8,326 nucleotides of DNA, taken from the IMG/VR virus record IMGVR_UViG_3300039384_000072. One strand, given 5' to 3'. Position 1 is the first letter of the stretch; each line of letters opens with the position of its first letter. Positions 1 to 6,658 of the stretch are shown piece by piece. The stretch is from a virus (taxonomy: Duplodnaviria > Heunggongvirae > Uroviricota > Caudoviricetes). A model generated the notes under the pieces. It made no database searches, was not told the origin of the DNA, and saw nothing but the letters and a program-made list of their open reading frames with translations. The position numbers and the translations under genes were made by a program.

Positions 1-22
1 CGAGGTGGGTGCAAGCTGGCGC

Positions 23-50
23 TTGCATGGTGGCGTGCGACAGGTATAAT
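23..50 (+). promoter_or_regulatory. Sigma70-type promoter for the tRNA-Leu gene: -35 TTGCAT (23-28), 16-bp spacer, -10 TATAAT (45-50)
   Basis: Read directly: near-consensus hexamers with canonical spacing, about 30 bp upstream of the tRNA 5' end. Confidence 0.55.
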
Positions 51-79
51 CCACAACGTTTTCCGCATACCTCTTCAGT

Positions 80-164
80 GCCGAAGTGGCGAAATCGGTA
101 GACGCAGTTGATTCAAAATCAACCGTAGAAATACGTGCCGGTTCGAGTCCGGCCTTCGGCACCA
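80..164 (+). tRNA. leuX: tRNA-Leu (anticodon CAA), 85 nt with encoded CCA; leuX-type, the known P4 integration target
   Basis: Read directly: acceptor stem GCCGAAG.../...CTTCGGC, D-arm with GG, anticodon stem gttga/tcaac around loop ttCAAaa, long variable arm, T-arm GGTTCGAGTCC, 3' CCA. The sequence matches my memory of E. coli leuX. Phage and island integration at tRNA 3' ends is established. Confidence 0.9.
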
Positions 165-327
165 TTAGCACTTCCAAGATCATCCGAGAAAGTCCAATTG
201 TTCCTTATAATTCAATGAGTTCAGTGATTCTTATGTCCGGAGTCGTCCGAGATTGTCCGTTGAAATCCGGATGCCATTGGGGGCATAATTAGGGGCATCT
301 TGACTTCGATTAGAAATGTGCCCCCAA

Positions 328-1584
328 ATGAAGCTCAACGCCAGACTGGTCGAGACCGCAAAGCCAAAAGACAAAACCTACAAAATGGCCGATGGTGGCG
401 GTTTGTATCTTGAGGTTTCGGCCAAGGGATCTAAATACTGGCGTATGAAATACAGACGCCCTTCAGACAAAAAAGAGGATCGCCTCGCTTTTGGCGTTTG
501 GCCTACTGTGACACTTGCCCAGGCAAGGGCAAAACGTGATGAAGCTAAAAGATTATTAGTGCAGGGTATTGATCCAAAAGCCGAGCAGAAAGCGGCTCAG
601 GCCGAGAAATCGGGGGCATATACTTTCGAAACGATCGCTCGTGAATGGCATGCCAGTAACAAGCGCTGGAGTGAAGACCATAGAGCGCGCGTTCTTCGCT
701 ATCTTGAGCTTTATATCTTCCCTCATATCGGATCGTCCGATATCCGCCAGCTTAAAACAAGCCACCTGTTAGCCCCGATTAAAAAAGTTGATGCCAGTGG
801 TAAGCATGACGTCGCGCAGCGTCTTCAGCAGCGTGTTACAGCTATTATGCGTTATGCCGTACAGAACGATTATATCGACTCAAACCCAGCCAGTGATATG
901 GCTGGTGCTTTATCGACAGTTAAAACACGACACTATCCAGCGTTACCCTCCCATCGTTTTCCCGAATTATTGGCACGTCTCGCTGCATATCGTGGTCGTA
1001 TAATGACAAAAATTGCGGTTCAGCTTTCTTTACTAACATTTGTTCGCTCAAGTGAATTACGCTTTGCTCGTTGGAGAGAGTTTGATTTTGATAACGCAAT
1101 TTGGCGTATTCCGGCAAAACGTGAAGAAATTAAAGGAGTGCGTTACTCATACCGTGGTATGAAAATGAAAGAAGAACATATTGTGCCATTAAGTCATCAA
1201 GCCATGGAACTCTTGAGGCAGCTAACACAAATTAGTGGTGATAAGGAGTTTCTTTTTCCTGGGGATCACGATGCTACGAAAGTTATGAGTGAAAATACGG
1301 TAAACAATGCTTTACGCTCAATGGGATATGACACCAAAACTGAAGTTTGTGGGCATGGATTTAGAACAATGGCGCGTGGAGCCTTGGGAGAGTCAGGATT
1401 ATGGAGTGATGACGCAATAGAGCGTCAGTTGAGTCATGCTGAGCGTAACAATGTGCGTGCTGCTTATATTCATACTTCAGAGCATTTAGATGAACGTCGG
1501 CTAATGATTCAGTGGTGGGCTGACTACTTGGGAGCAAATAAAGAAAAATATATCACACCTTATGATTATGCTAAGTCTGAATAG
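328..1584 (+). CDS. int: P4-type tyrosine integrase (site-specific recombinase)
   Basis: ORF track 316..1584. The N-terminus MKLNARLVETAKPKDKTYKMADGGGLYLEV...KYWRMKYR is the characteristic P4-integrase arm-binding region, and the C-terminal half carries catalytic-domain features (HGFR, terminal Y region). Start chosen at ATG 328 (MKLNAR); ATG 316 is an in-frame alternative. Lies immediately downstream of the tRNA. Confidence 0.9.
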   Translation: MKLNARLVETAKPKDKTYKMADGGGLYLEVSAKGSKYWRMKYRRPSDKKEDRLAFGVWPTVTLAQARAKRDEAKRLLVQGIDPKAEQKAAQAEKSGAYTFETIAREWHASNKRWSEDHRARVLRYLELYIFPHIGSSDIRQLKTSHLLAPIKKVDASGKHDVAQRLQQRVTAIMRYAVQNDYIDSNPASDMAGALSTVKTRHYPALPSHRFPELLARLAAYRGRIMTKIAVQLSLLTFVRSSELRFARWREFDFDNAIWRIPAKREEIKGVRYSYRGMKMKEEHIVPLSHQAMELLRQLTQISGDKEFLFPGDHDATKVMSENTVNNALRSMGYDTKTEVCGHGFRTMARGALGESGLWSDDAIERQLSHAERNNVRAAYIHTSEHLDERRLMIQWWADYLGANKEKYITPYDYAKSE

Positions 1585-1733
1585 CGGGTAACAGCTATTG
1601 TTATATTTTATGTTAACACTATCACGTTTTCTGAGATATCAATCTAACTTTGTTAGTAACTCAGGTAGGATTCAGTGTGGTATGTTAAGATTAATGATCT
1701 ATTGGATTAAGCTTTGATTTAAAGGAGGTTTTT

Positions 1734-3197
1734 ATGCCAAAGTTAAGAATATATTTTTCAGATTTTTTTAATGTATCTCCTGAAAAAATAAAAGAGTATG
1801 GTGCATTTAATATTTCTCTGATTAATGATTTGCCGCTATTTATTGATCCGTTTTTGTTATTTAATAATGAGAAATATATAGATTTACATCAGGGGATAAT
1901 TAAATATGTTTCTTTCTTAAGAGATCGTTCTCAGAATGGAGAATTAAATCGAGGTTTAATCAAAAGTTGGTTTTTATTTCCTGAGGTAAAACAAAACTGG
2001 CTGGGTTATAGCATGGTTGGGAACGGTGGGAGTGGATTGGGTATTGATTTTGCAAATTCCTTAATCACCTCATTTTCAAGTATTTTAAAAAACTTTGGTA
2101 AAGAGGAAATTACTGAGGGAAGTCATCTTGAAAAATTGTGTTTGATTAAGGAGGGGGTAGGAAAGGATAGTATTAGTGATTTTACCACTAATTTAATTAA
2201 ATCGTTTTTACTGAAGTATACTGAAGATTTCTCTAAAGAAAATATAGATAGTAAATATCTCTCTGAACACTTAGTACCAAAAGTTGAATTTAATTACGAA
2301 ACCAGAAGTTGGATGAGTAAAAAATTCACGTTGCCAACATATGCTGGAGATTATGTTCTTTTAACTCCGAGAGATATACTCACAAAAGATGAAACTTGGA
2401 TTAACAGAAATGAAATGATCGAGGACTTTAGAGATATATGTGAAAGTATCCCTAATGATCAATTGCGTGGACAATTGTCTGATTATTTCAATAGATGTCT
2501 CCCAGACTCTCCAAAGAAAAAGGAACGAGAGTCCGCTGCCGATTTGACAATTAAGAATTACCCGAGTTTTATTGATTATTATATTCGTTATAAAGAACAA
2601 AACTCTGGGGGTGCTAAACGTGATAGTAATGCAAAGGTTAGCGAAACTGAGCAAAGGTATATTGAAGCTGTCCAACTTTTGGTTGATACAATCTTTAATA
2701 AACATCAGGAGTTCTTTAGTTCAAAGGATGATACTTTCGAAGAGGCCTATAAGCGAGTCTGTTATCTTAAACAGGTAATAGAAAATAATGATGGCTATAA
2801 AGTATTCTATTTGAATGGTGTCCCAATTAAGCGTGAAGCTGATTTGCAGTTAATGTTTAGATTAACATGGTTTGCTAGTATTTCTGATGTCAATAGTGAA
2901 GTAAATAATGGTCGTGGTCCCGTTGACTACAAAATATCGAGAGGTTCGAAAGATAAAACATTGGTTGAATTCAAACTGGCTAGTAACTCCAAGCTTAAAC
3001 AGAATCTGGCAAATCAGGTTAAAGTGTATGAGGCGGCAAATGAAACAAAAAAATCAATAAAGGTTATTTTGTATTTTACTGATCGAGAATTGTCTGGATT
3101 GTTTAAGACTTTCAAAGAACTTGGGATTAAAGAAGGTAAGGATTTAGTCTTGATTGATGCTAGGCCTAATAAGGTTTCTGCATCGAATGTCAAATAA
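1734..3197 (+). CDS. Hypothetical 487-aa protein with a C-terminal PD-(D/E)xK / RecB-like nuclease signature; candidate single-gene anti-phage defence protein
   Basis: Strong RBS AGGAGG (1723-1728) 5 nt before ATG 1734; long uninterrupted ORF. By eye it is markedly AT-rich compared with flanking genes. C-terminal motifs read from the translation: acidic residue in READ, then GRGPVD (D398), VEFK (E412, K414), then QVKVY (Q428...Y432), the order and spacing expected for RecB/Cas4-like PD-(D/E)xK nucleases. The N-terminal ~380 aa have no motif I can assign. Followed by a hairpin plus T-run. Confidence 0.8.
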   Translation: MPKLRIYFSDFFNVSPEKIKEYGAFNISLINDLPLFIDPFLLFNNEKYIDLHQGIIKYVSFLRDRSQNGELNRGLIKSWFLFPEVKQNWLGYSMVGNGGSGLGIDFANSLITSFSSILKNFGKEEITEGSHLEKLCLIKEGVGKDSISDFTTNLIKSFLLKYTEDFSKENIDSKYLSEHLVPKVEFNYETRSWMSKKFTLPTYAGDYVLLTPRDILTKDETWINRNEMIEDFRDICESIPNDQLRGQLSDYFNRCLPDSPKKKERESAADLTIKNYPSFIDYYIRYKEQNSGGAKRDSNAKVSETEQRYIEAVQLLVDTIFNKHQEFFSSKDDTFEEAYKRVCYLKQVIENNDGYKVFYLNGVPIKREADLQLMFRLTWFASISDVNSEVNNGRGPVDYKISRGSKDKTLVEFKLASNSKLKQNLANQVKVYEAANETKKSIKVILYFTDRELSGLFKTFKELGIKEGKDLVLIDARPNKVSASNVK

Positions 3198-3220
3198 CTT
3201 GTTGGGAATGAGTATGATTT

Positions 3221-3245
3221 AAGCCGCATTATGGCGGCTTTTTAT
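3221..3245 (+). terminator. Rho-independent terminator downstream of the cargo ORF
   Basis: Stem aagccgc (3221-3227) pairs with gcggctt (3234-3240) around a 6-nt loop, followed by a T-run (3240-3244). Confidence 0.55.
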
Positions 3246-3379
3246 AATCTTCTTTTATTATGGTAACGACACTTTAGATGTATAGGGCAGTATTCATTTT
3301 AATAAACAGTTTTGCACATGAGCGTGATGGTATTAAGTATTTGTGAACTTTATTAAGTATGTAACAAGGTCTGCGCGCA

Positions 3380-3398
3380 GTGCTTTCCCCGCCTCGCC
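3380..3398. other. cos: cos site: P2/P4-type 19-nt cohesive-end sequence (reverse complement of GGCGAGGCGGGGAAAGCAC)
   Basis: Read directly: gtgctttccccgcctcgcc at 3380-3398 is the exact reverse complement of the P2/P4 cohesive-end 19-mer as I remember it. It is followed by a GC-rich hairpin (cccgcccgctttgcggggcgg) and lies between the variable region and psu, where cos sits in P4. Confidence 0.8.
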
Positions 3399-3500
3399 CG
3401 CCCGCTTTGCGGGGCGGTTTTAATGCAGTTGCACTGACACGCTCAGGCCGCGCCGGGAATGGCGCGGTTTGCAGAAAATGAGGCAGGAAAACGCATGCAA

Positions 3501-3532
3501 AGCCATGCACCTTATCGATGCATGGCTTTTTT
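3501..3532 (+). terminator. Hairpin with T-run (terminator-like) between cos and the psu 3' end
   Basis: Stem agccatgca (3501-3509) pairs with tgcatggct (3519-3527), followed by a T-run (3527-3532). Orientation and function are uncertain; it could be part of the cos-flanking recognition region. Confidence 0.4.
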
Positions 3533-3562
3533 CAGTAAAAACGGGCGGATTTTCGGGGAGTT

Positions 3563-4135
3563 TTACACAGACTGATGTGATACCAGTTGCGCACTTTTAC
3601 GCGAAAAAATCATGTTCTGCGCAGGGGTGAATTTTTCACGGCTGTCATCCACCGAAGCCGCGTCAGGCCTGAATCCGATGGTCGTTAAAATGTCGCTATC
3701 CTGTGCGGAATAATTAATTTTTTCCCCCTTCGCAAGCCAGGACAGAAGGGCTTCACGCAGGGCATCTGTGGCACGCTGTATGGCACAGTTTCGGGCAATG
3801 GCCGTCAGCTCACTGTAGCCCATCAGCTCCGGTGCCAGTGCGGCCGCCAGTGCTGTGCCGTGCTGCTGCATAAAATCATTCAGCCGGTCGCGGATGCTGA
3901 TGTGCTGAACGGCTTCATGCGAACGAATATAACGACCGGCAGCCTGATTCACCTGCCATTTTCTGACTTCGATAATATTGCGTAATTCGTCCAGGCGACT
4001 GACGTTTCTGCCTTCCCCGGACAGAAGCCGCAGATATTCCTGTTCGGCCGCAGCCAGCTCATTTTTGCGTTGCAGCCATGCTGCTTTGTTATTCTGACAG
4101 GTGTCAAAGGCCTGCTGTAAGGCTGTGCTTTCCAT
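3563..4135 (-). CDS. psu: Psu (polarity suppression protein / capsid-decoration protein), 190 aa
   Basis: ORF track 3563..4135 minus, 190 aa, beginning MESTALQQAFDTCQ. Length and N-terminus match my memory of P4 Psu. Position is last gene of the sid-delta-psu operon, next to cos. Confidence 0.85.
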   Translation of the reverse strand: MESTALQQAFDTCQNNKAAWLQRKNELAAAEQEYLRLLSGEGRNVSRLDELRNIIEVRKWQVNQAAGRYIRSHEAVQHISIRDRLNDFMQQHGTALAAALAPELMGYSELTAIARNCAIQRATDALREALLSWLAKGEKINYSAQDSDILTTIGFRPDAASVDDSREKFTPAQNMIFSRKSAQLVSHQSV

Positions 4136-4208
4136 CGTTATCTCTTTCTCATCATGCTGAAGAATAAAAATACGGTGTGCGGCGACGGCCGGTGTTAACC
4201 GGCAGCCT

Positions 4209-4709
4209 TCATTCCAGACGCAGCGAATATGATTGTGTTTTTAACCGTACTGGCGGCAGTTCCTGTTTTTCATGCAGGCGTTCTGCCAGTTCGTCCGGTG
4301 TGACCGGGCGGACAATGAAGCGGTTGATGGTCTGAAGCGTTTTAAACACCAGACCACAGCCCGGCTCCGTGCACACATAAAAACGTTCGGTGACTTCCTG
4401 AGACAGACGCCGCGATGTTCTTGACAGTGCAAGGCCTTTACATCTCCGACAACAATATCCGGTAACAAGCATTCTTTTCGGGCGTTTCATACTGCCGGAG
4501 GCAGAAGTCAGTGAATCGCGGTATCTCTGTTTGCCTGAAATGTATTCCATTCCTGAATCTTTACAGTCAGAGAAAAAGCTTTCACTCGCTTCAAATGTCG
4601 CAGAGCAATAAATATTCCGGCACTGTGCAATCATTATCTTGGTGCCATCGTCCATGAAATGTGCGCGACGGGTGTGAGCAACATGTCCACACGACGGGCA
4701 GTAAATCAT
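4209..4709 (-). CDS. delta: Delta late-gene transcriptional activator (tandem Ogr-like zinc-finger protein), 166 aa
   Basis: Two Ogr-type Cys clusters in one polypeptide (CPSCGH...C...YC and CCRRC...CTEPGC), which is the known duplicated-Ogr architecture of P4 delta. The start codon overlaps the sid stop (ATGA at 4706-4709 on the minus strand). Confidence 0.85.
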   Translation of the reverse strand: MIYCPSCGHVAHTRRAHFMDDGTKIMIAQCRNIYCSATFEASESFFSDCKDSGMEYISGKQRYRDSLTSASGSMKRPKRMLVTGYCCRRCKGLALSRTSRRLSQEVTERFYVCTEPGCGLVFKTLQTINRFIVRPVTPDELAERLHEKQELPPVRLKTQSYSLRLE

Positions 4710-5440
4710 GACAGCAGTCCTCTGGCCTTAAGCTCTGCTCCCTGCTGGTCTATTTTGTCCTGCCACACCTTGCGCTGTGCCGGTGTGCCTGCCACCTCAT
4801 AATCCATGTGCGGGAGTGTTGCCGCTGACAGTCCGGTCAGCCGGAGAACCGGCTCACCGCTGAGGCTGATTTGCATCTGTTTTATTTTCTGTTCCAGCGA
4901 TGATTTCACCTGCTGCATGACAGCCTTTTCCGGTGCGATGTAGCCCTGATGGCCGGTGGTGTTGGCGAGCGGATTTTCCTGTACCAGGATGCTCAGATGC
5001 ATTGCCCGGACAAGCGCCTCACAGGTTTCATTCAGGGCGTGTTCCAGCTCATGCTCTGCATACAGACTCAGAAGGTGATGATGTGCCTTCCGGTAGGCGG
5101 TGGCCGTGCTGTCACACGCCCCTTTCAGGCGTTCGCGTTCAAAATTCAGCACCACGGCCAGATTGTCATATTCCTGTACCAGCTCCCGGCGTGCCACGCG
5201 CTCAATGTGGCGCTGTTTCAGCTCATCGCTCAGGACACCACCGGCTGCACGAAAGGCCGTGCGCCAGTCGTCAGCGTCGTTTCCGTCGGCCTGCGCCAGC
5301 GCATTTTTTTCCTGCTCTGCCCGTTCAATGGCCGTGACGGTCTCATCCATCAGGCGGGCGTTCTCAAGATGGGCGGCTCTGGCCTTTTCCAGTTGTGCCA
5401 GCGCGGGTTGCAGATATTCAGGGATGGTGTTGTCAGACAT
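4706..5440 (-). CDS. sid: Sid (external scaffold / capsid size determination protein), 244 aa from the second in-frame ATG
   Basis: The ORF track gives 250 aa from ATG 5458. The in-frame ATG at 5440 (MSDNTIPEYL...) has a GAGGAA Shine-Dalgarno about 8 nt upstream and gives 244 aa, matching my memory of P4 Sid. The protein is alpha-helical and Ala/Glu/Leu-rich, as expected for a scaffold. Confidence 0.8.
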   Translation of the reverse strand: MSDNTIPEYLQPALAQLEKARAAHLENARLMDETVTAIERAEQEKNALAQADGNDADDWRTAFRAAGGVLSDELKQRHIERVARRELVQEYDNLAVVLNFERERLKGACDSTATAYRKAHHHLLSLYAEHELEHALNETCEALVRAMHLSILVQENPLANTTGHQGYIAPEKAVMQQVKSSLEQKIKQMQISLSGEPVLRLTGLSAATLPHMDYEVAGTPAQRKVWQDKIDQQGAELKARGLLS

Positions 5441-5474
5441 TTTCCGGTTCCTCGTCACTTCAGGTTAAGAAAAT

Positions 5475-5492
5475 TGTGACGTACACCGGACA
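5475..5492. promoter_or_regulatory. TGT-N12-ACA dyad (Ogr/delta-type activator site), promoter-proximal site of Psid
   Basis: Read directly: TGT (5475-5477), 12 nt, ACA (5490-5492). It lies 38 bp from the dyad at 5513-5530, consistent with -55 and about -17 sites upstream of sid. Confidence 0.5.
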
Positions 5493-5512
5493 ACAACACG
5501 ACGCATTGCAGA

Positions 5513-5530
5513 TGTGCCAGCCCTGACACA
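5513..5530. promoter_or_regulatory. TGT-N12-ACA dyad (Ogr/delta-type activator site), candidate -55 site of the late promoter Psid
   Basis: Read directly: TGT (5513-5515), 12 nt, ACA (5528-5530), about 80 bp upstream of the sid start codon on the minus strand. P2/P4 late promoters are known to be activated through TGT-N12-ACA sites centred near -55. Confidence 0.55.
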
Positions 5531-5612
5531 GGAGACTCATCCTCAGACCGGCAAGCCAGGAAAAGGTCGCAGGAAAAACCGGCTTACTGTTTGTTTTTTT
5601 TTATATTTTACT

Positions 5613-5715
5613 GTTCACCTCTGTTCACAATAAGAAAAAAGATAAGTAATACAGTAAGTTAAAGGGTGAACAATCGCAGTAATGACTGTTCACCGTCTGT
5701 TCACCACTGTTCACC
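5613..5715. repeat. crr: Iteron cluster: six copies of the octamer TGTTCACC (five direct, one inverted), candidate alpha-binding cis replication region (crr)
   Basis: Read directly: TGTTCACC at 5613-5620, 5688-5695, 5698-5705 and 5708-5715; variant TGTTCACA at 5623-5630; inverted GGTGAACA at 5665-5672. TGTTCACC is, from memory, the P4 alpha-protein binding octamer found in ori and crr. Confidence 0.6.
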
Positions 5716-5873
5716 CGTTGATGGGCTTTTTGTGCTGTTTATTACTTTTTATTTTTATTAATTCACTGAAATAAATAAGAAAAAACAATTTGTATTTCAC
5801 TATAATTTTTTCCAGCTCCTTCCAGAGCGTTTTAAAGCTATCTGGCGCTGATGTACAAAAAATGCACAGCCAT

Positions 5874-5891
5874 TGTAAGGCTGCCGGAACA
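5874..5891. promoter_or_regulatory. TGT-N12-ACA dyad, candidate -55 activator site of the late leftward-type promoter (PLL analogue) driving vis
   Basis: Read directly: TGT (5874-5876), 12 nt, ACA (5889-5891). A site centred here places a transcription start near 5937, about 57 nt upstream of the vis ATG at 5994. Confidence 0.5.
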
Positions 5892-5993
5892 AATCCCCCC
5901 TGTTGCGTCTGCCGAAAATATTCACAAAATAAAGCGCTACCCGAAGCCGGACGGACTTATCCGGTGCTGTATGGACATTAACGAGGTAGCCCG

Positions 5994-6260
5994 ATGCAAG
6001 CTGTTTTTTCTTCCCCGTCTCCCGCCCCTGTGACGCCACTGATGCCGCTGCCGGACATCACACAGGAGCGTTTTTTACGTCTTCCGGAAGTGATGCACCT
6101 GTGCGGCCTGTCACGCTCGACCATCTACGAACTCATCCGTAAGGGGGAATTTCCGCCGCAGGTGAGTCTTGGCGGTAAAAATGTGGCCTGGCTGCACTCT
6201 GAAGTCACCGCATGGATGGCCGGCCGCATTGCCGGACGCAAACGGGGGTACGACGCATGA
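5994..6260 (+). CDS. vis: Vis/AlpA-family small DNA-binding protein (excision/regulatory), 88 aa
   Basis: RBS GAGGT (5983-5987) 6 nt before ATG 5994. The C-terminal half [44 protein letters not shown] is the AlpA/Vis-type helix-turn-helix signature. The 88-aa length matches my memory of P4 Vis. Confidence 0.75.
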   Translation: MQAVFSSPSPAPVTPLMPLPDITQERFLRLPEVMHLCGLSRSTIYELIRKGEFPPQVSLGGKNVAWLHSEVTAWMAGRIAGRKRGYDA

Positions 6261-6295
6261 TGATGCCTGTTCTGCAAAAAGTCCCTTTTTCTGGC

Positions 6296-6325
6296 TTGCC
6301 TTTTTCCGGCATTTGCGGATATAGT
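6296..6325 (+). promoter_or_regulatory. Candidate early/immunity promoter (PLE analogue): -35 TTGCCT (6296-6301), 18-bp spacer, -10 TATAGT (6320-6325)
   Basis: Read directly; lies just downstream of vis and upstream of the structured leader region. Confidence 0.35.
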
Positions 6326-6356
6326 TTTTCCGCTGTCGCAAAATCGGCAGCCGGGC

Positions 6357-6647
6357 GTGGAAACCCGAGCAATCTAACGGCGACATATGACGCGCCATGC
6401 GTCTTTTTTTGTGTCGCAATCAACGCCACAGAGCGCCAGATTATGGTGTGGTGTGTGGTCAGTCGAGCAGATGGAACTCCGTGCATCCTGCCCGCGTCCG
6501 CTCATTATGCCGCAGAGTCAATGGTAGCTCAGGCGGGGCAGCCTCCGGGCTGGCCGGTATCCGTTAGAGCCGGTATTTCCACCCCCGTCTGGGCTATCGC
6601 CATCGAGCGTGGAAACTCCGGCGATAGCGTAACCTGCTATCTAACGG
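6357..6647 (+). ncRNA. Candidate P4-type RNA immunity region: transcribed leader with seqA-like (6357-6380), seqB-like (6561-6582) and seqC-like (6609-6647) elements
   Basis: Read directly: GTGGAAAC...ATCTAACGG occurs at 6357-6380 and again at 6609-6647. The element CCGTTAGA...TTTCCAC at 6561-6582 is complementary to both ends of each copy. Additional local hairpins, e.g. gctatcgcc (6593-6601) pairing with ggcgatagc (6620-6628). The precise RNA ends cannot be determined from sequence. Confidence 0.35.
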
Positions 6648-6658
6648 AGGCTGCCATC

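Noticed and set aside
86-292. 68-aa ORF on the plus strand
   Set aside because: Overlaps the tRNA-Leu gene and its 3' flank; no RBS; it is an artefact of an open frame across a structured RNA gene.
556-1117. Short ORFs inside and antisense to the integrase gene (556..765 minus, 569..772 plus, 788..1003 plus, 920..1117 minus)
   Set aside because: All lie within the well-supported int coding region in alternative frames or antisense; no RBS; non-protein-like composition.
1585-1733. Possible attachment-site repeat or mobile-element end between int and the cargo gene
   Set aside because: No inverted or direct repeats resembling IS ends or the tRNA 3' end were seen; it is AT-rich spacer likely containing the cargo gene promoter, whose hexamers I could not place confidently.
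2361-3229. Short ORFs within or antisense to the 487-aa cargo gene (2361..2705 minus, 2572..2778 plus, 3014..3229 minus)
   Set aside because: AT-rich DNA produces frequent chance ORFs rich in I, K, N and F; they are nested in the long ORF, which has a strong RBS and a terminator.
3274-3510. 78-aa minus-strand ORF
   Set aside because: Spans the cos 19-mer and the GC hairpins; its peptide is dominated by Pro, Arg and Gly from GC-rich structure; no RBS.
4241-4468. 75-aa minus-strand ORF in an alternative frame inside delta
   Set aside because: Nested within the delta zinc-finger gene, whose frame is supported by paired Cys clusters; no independent evidence.
4933-5479. Three plus-strand ORFs of 122-176 aa antisense to sid (4933..5337, 4949..5479, 5100..5468)
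   Set aside because: Antisense to sid in GC-rich sequence; the peptides are Arg/Pro/Ser/Ala-rich and low-complexity, typical of spurious antisense frames; no RBS.
5613-5715. Possible CRISPR array suggested by the short direct repeats
   Set aside because: Repeats are only 8 bp with irregular spacing and one is inverted; no cas genes nearby; the pattern fits replication iterons instead.
5801-5806. Perfect TATAAT hexamer in the AT-rich region upstream of vis
   Set aside because: No acceptable -35 at 16-18 bp spacing and no TGT-N12-ACA at the right distance; in AT-rich DNA a lone TATAAT is weak evidence.
5790-6039. Small ORFs in the sid-vis intergenic region (5790..5981 plus, 5800..6039 minus, 5851..6033 plus)
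   Set aside because: They overlap the promoter region containing the TGT-N12-ACA dyad and the vis RBS and start; no RBS; more likely regulatory DNA.
6111-6486. Minus-strand ORFs of 102 and 93 aa (6111..6419, 6205..6486)
   Set aside because: Antisense to the vis 3' end and the structured leader region; Arg/Pro/His-rich peptides; no RBS.
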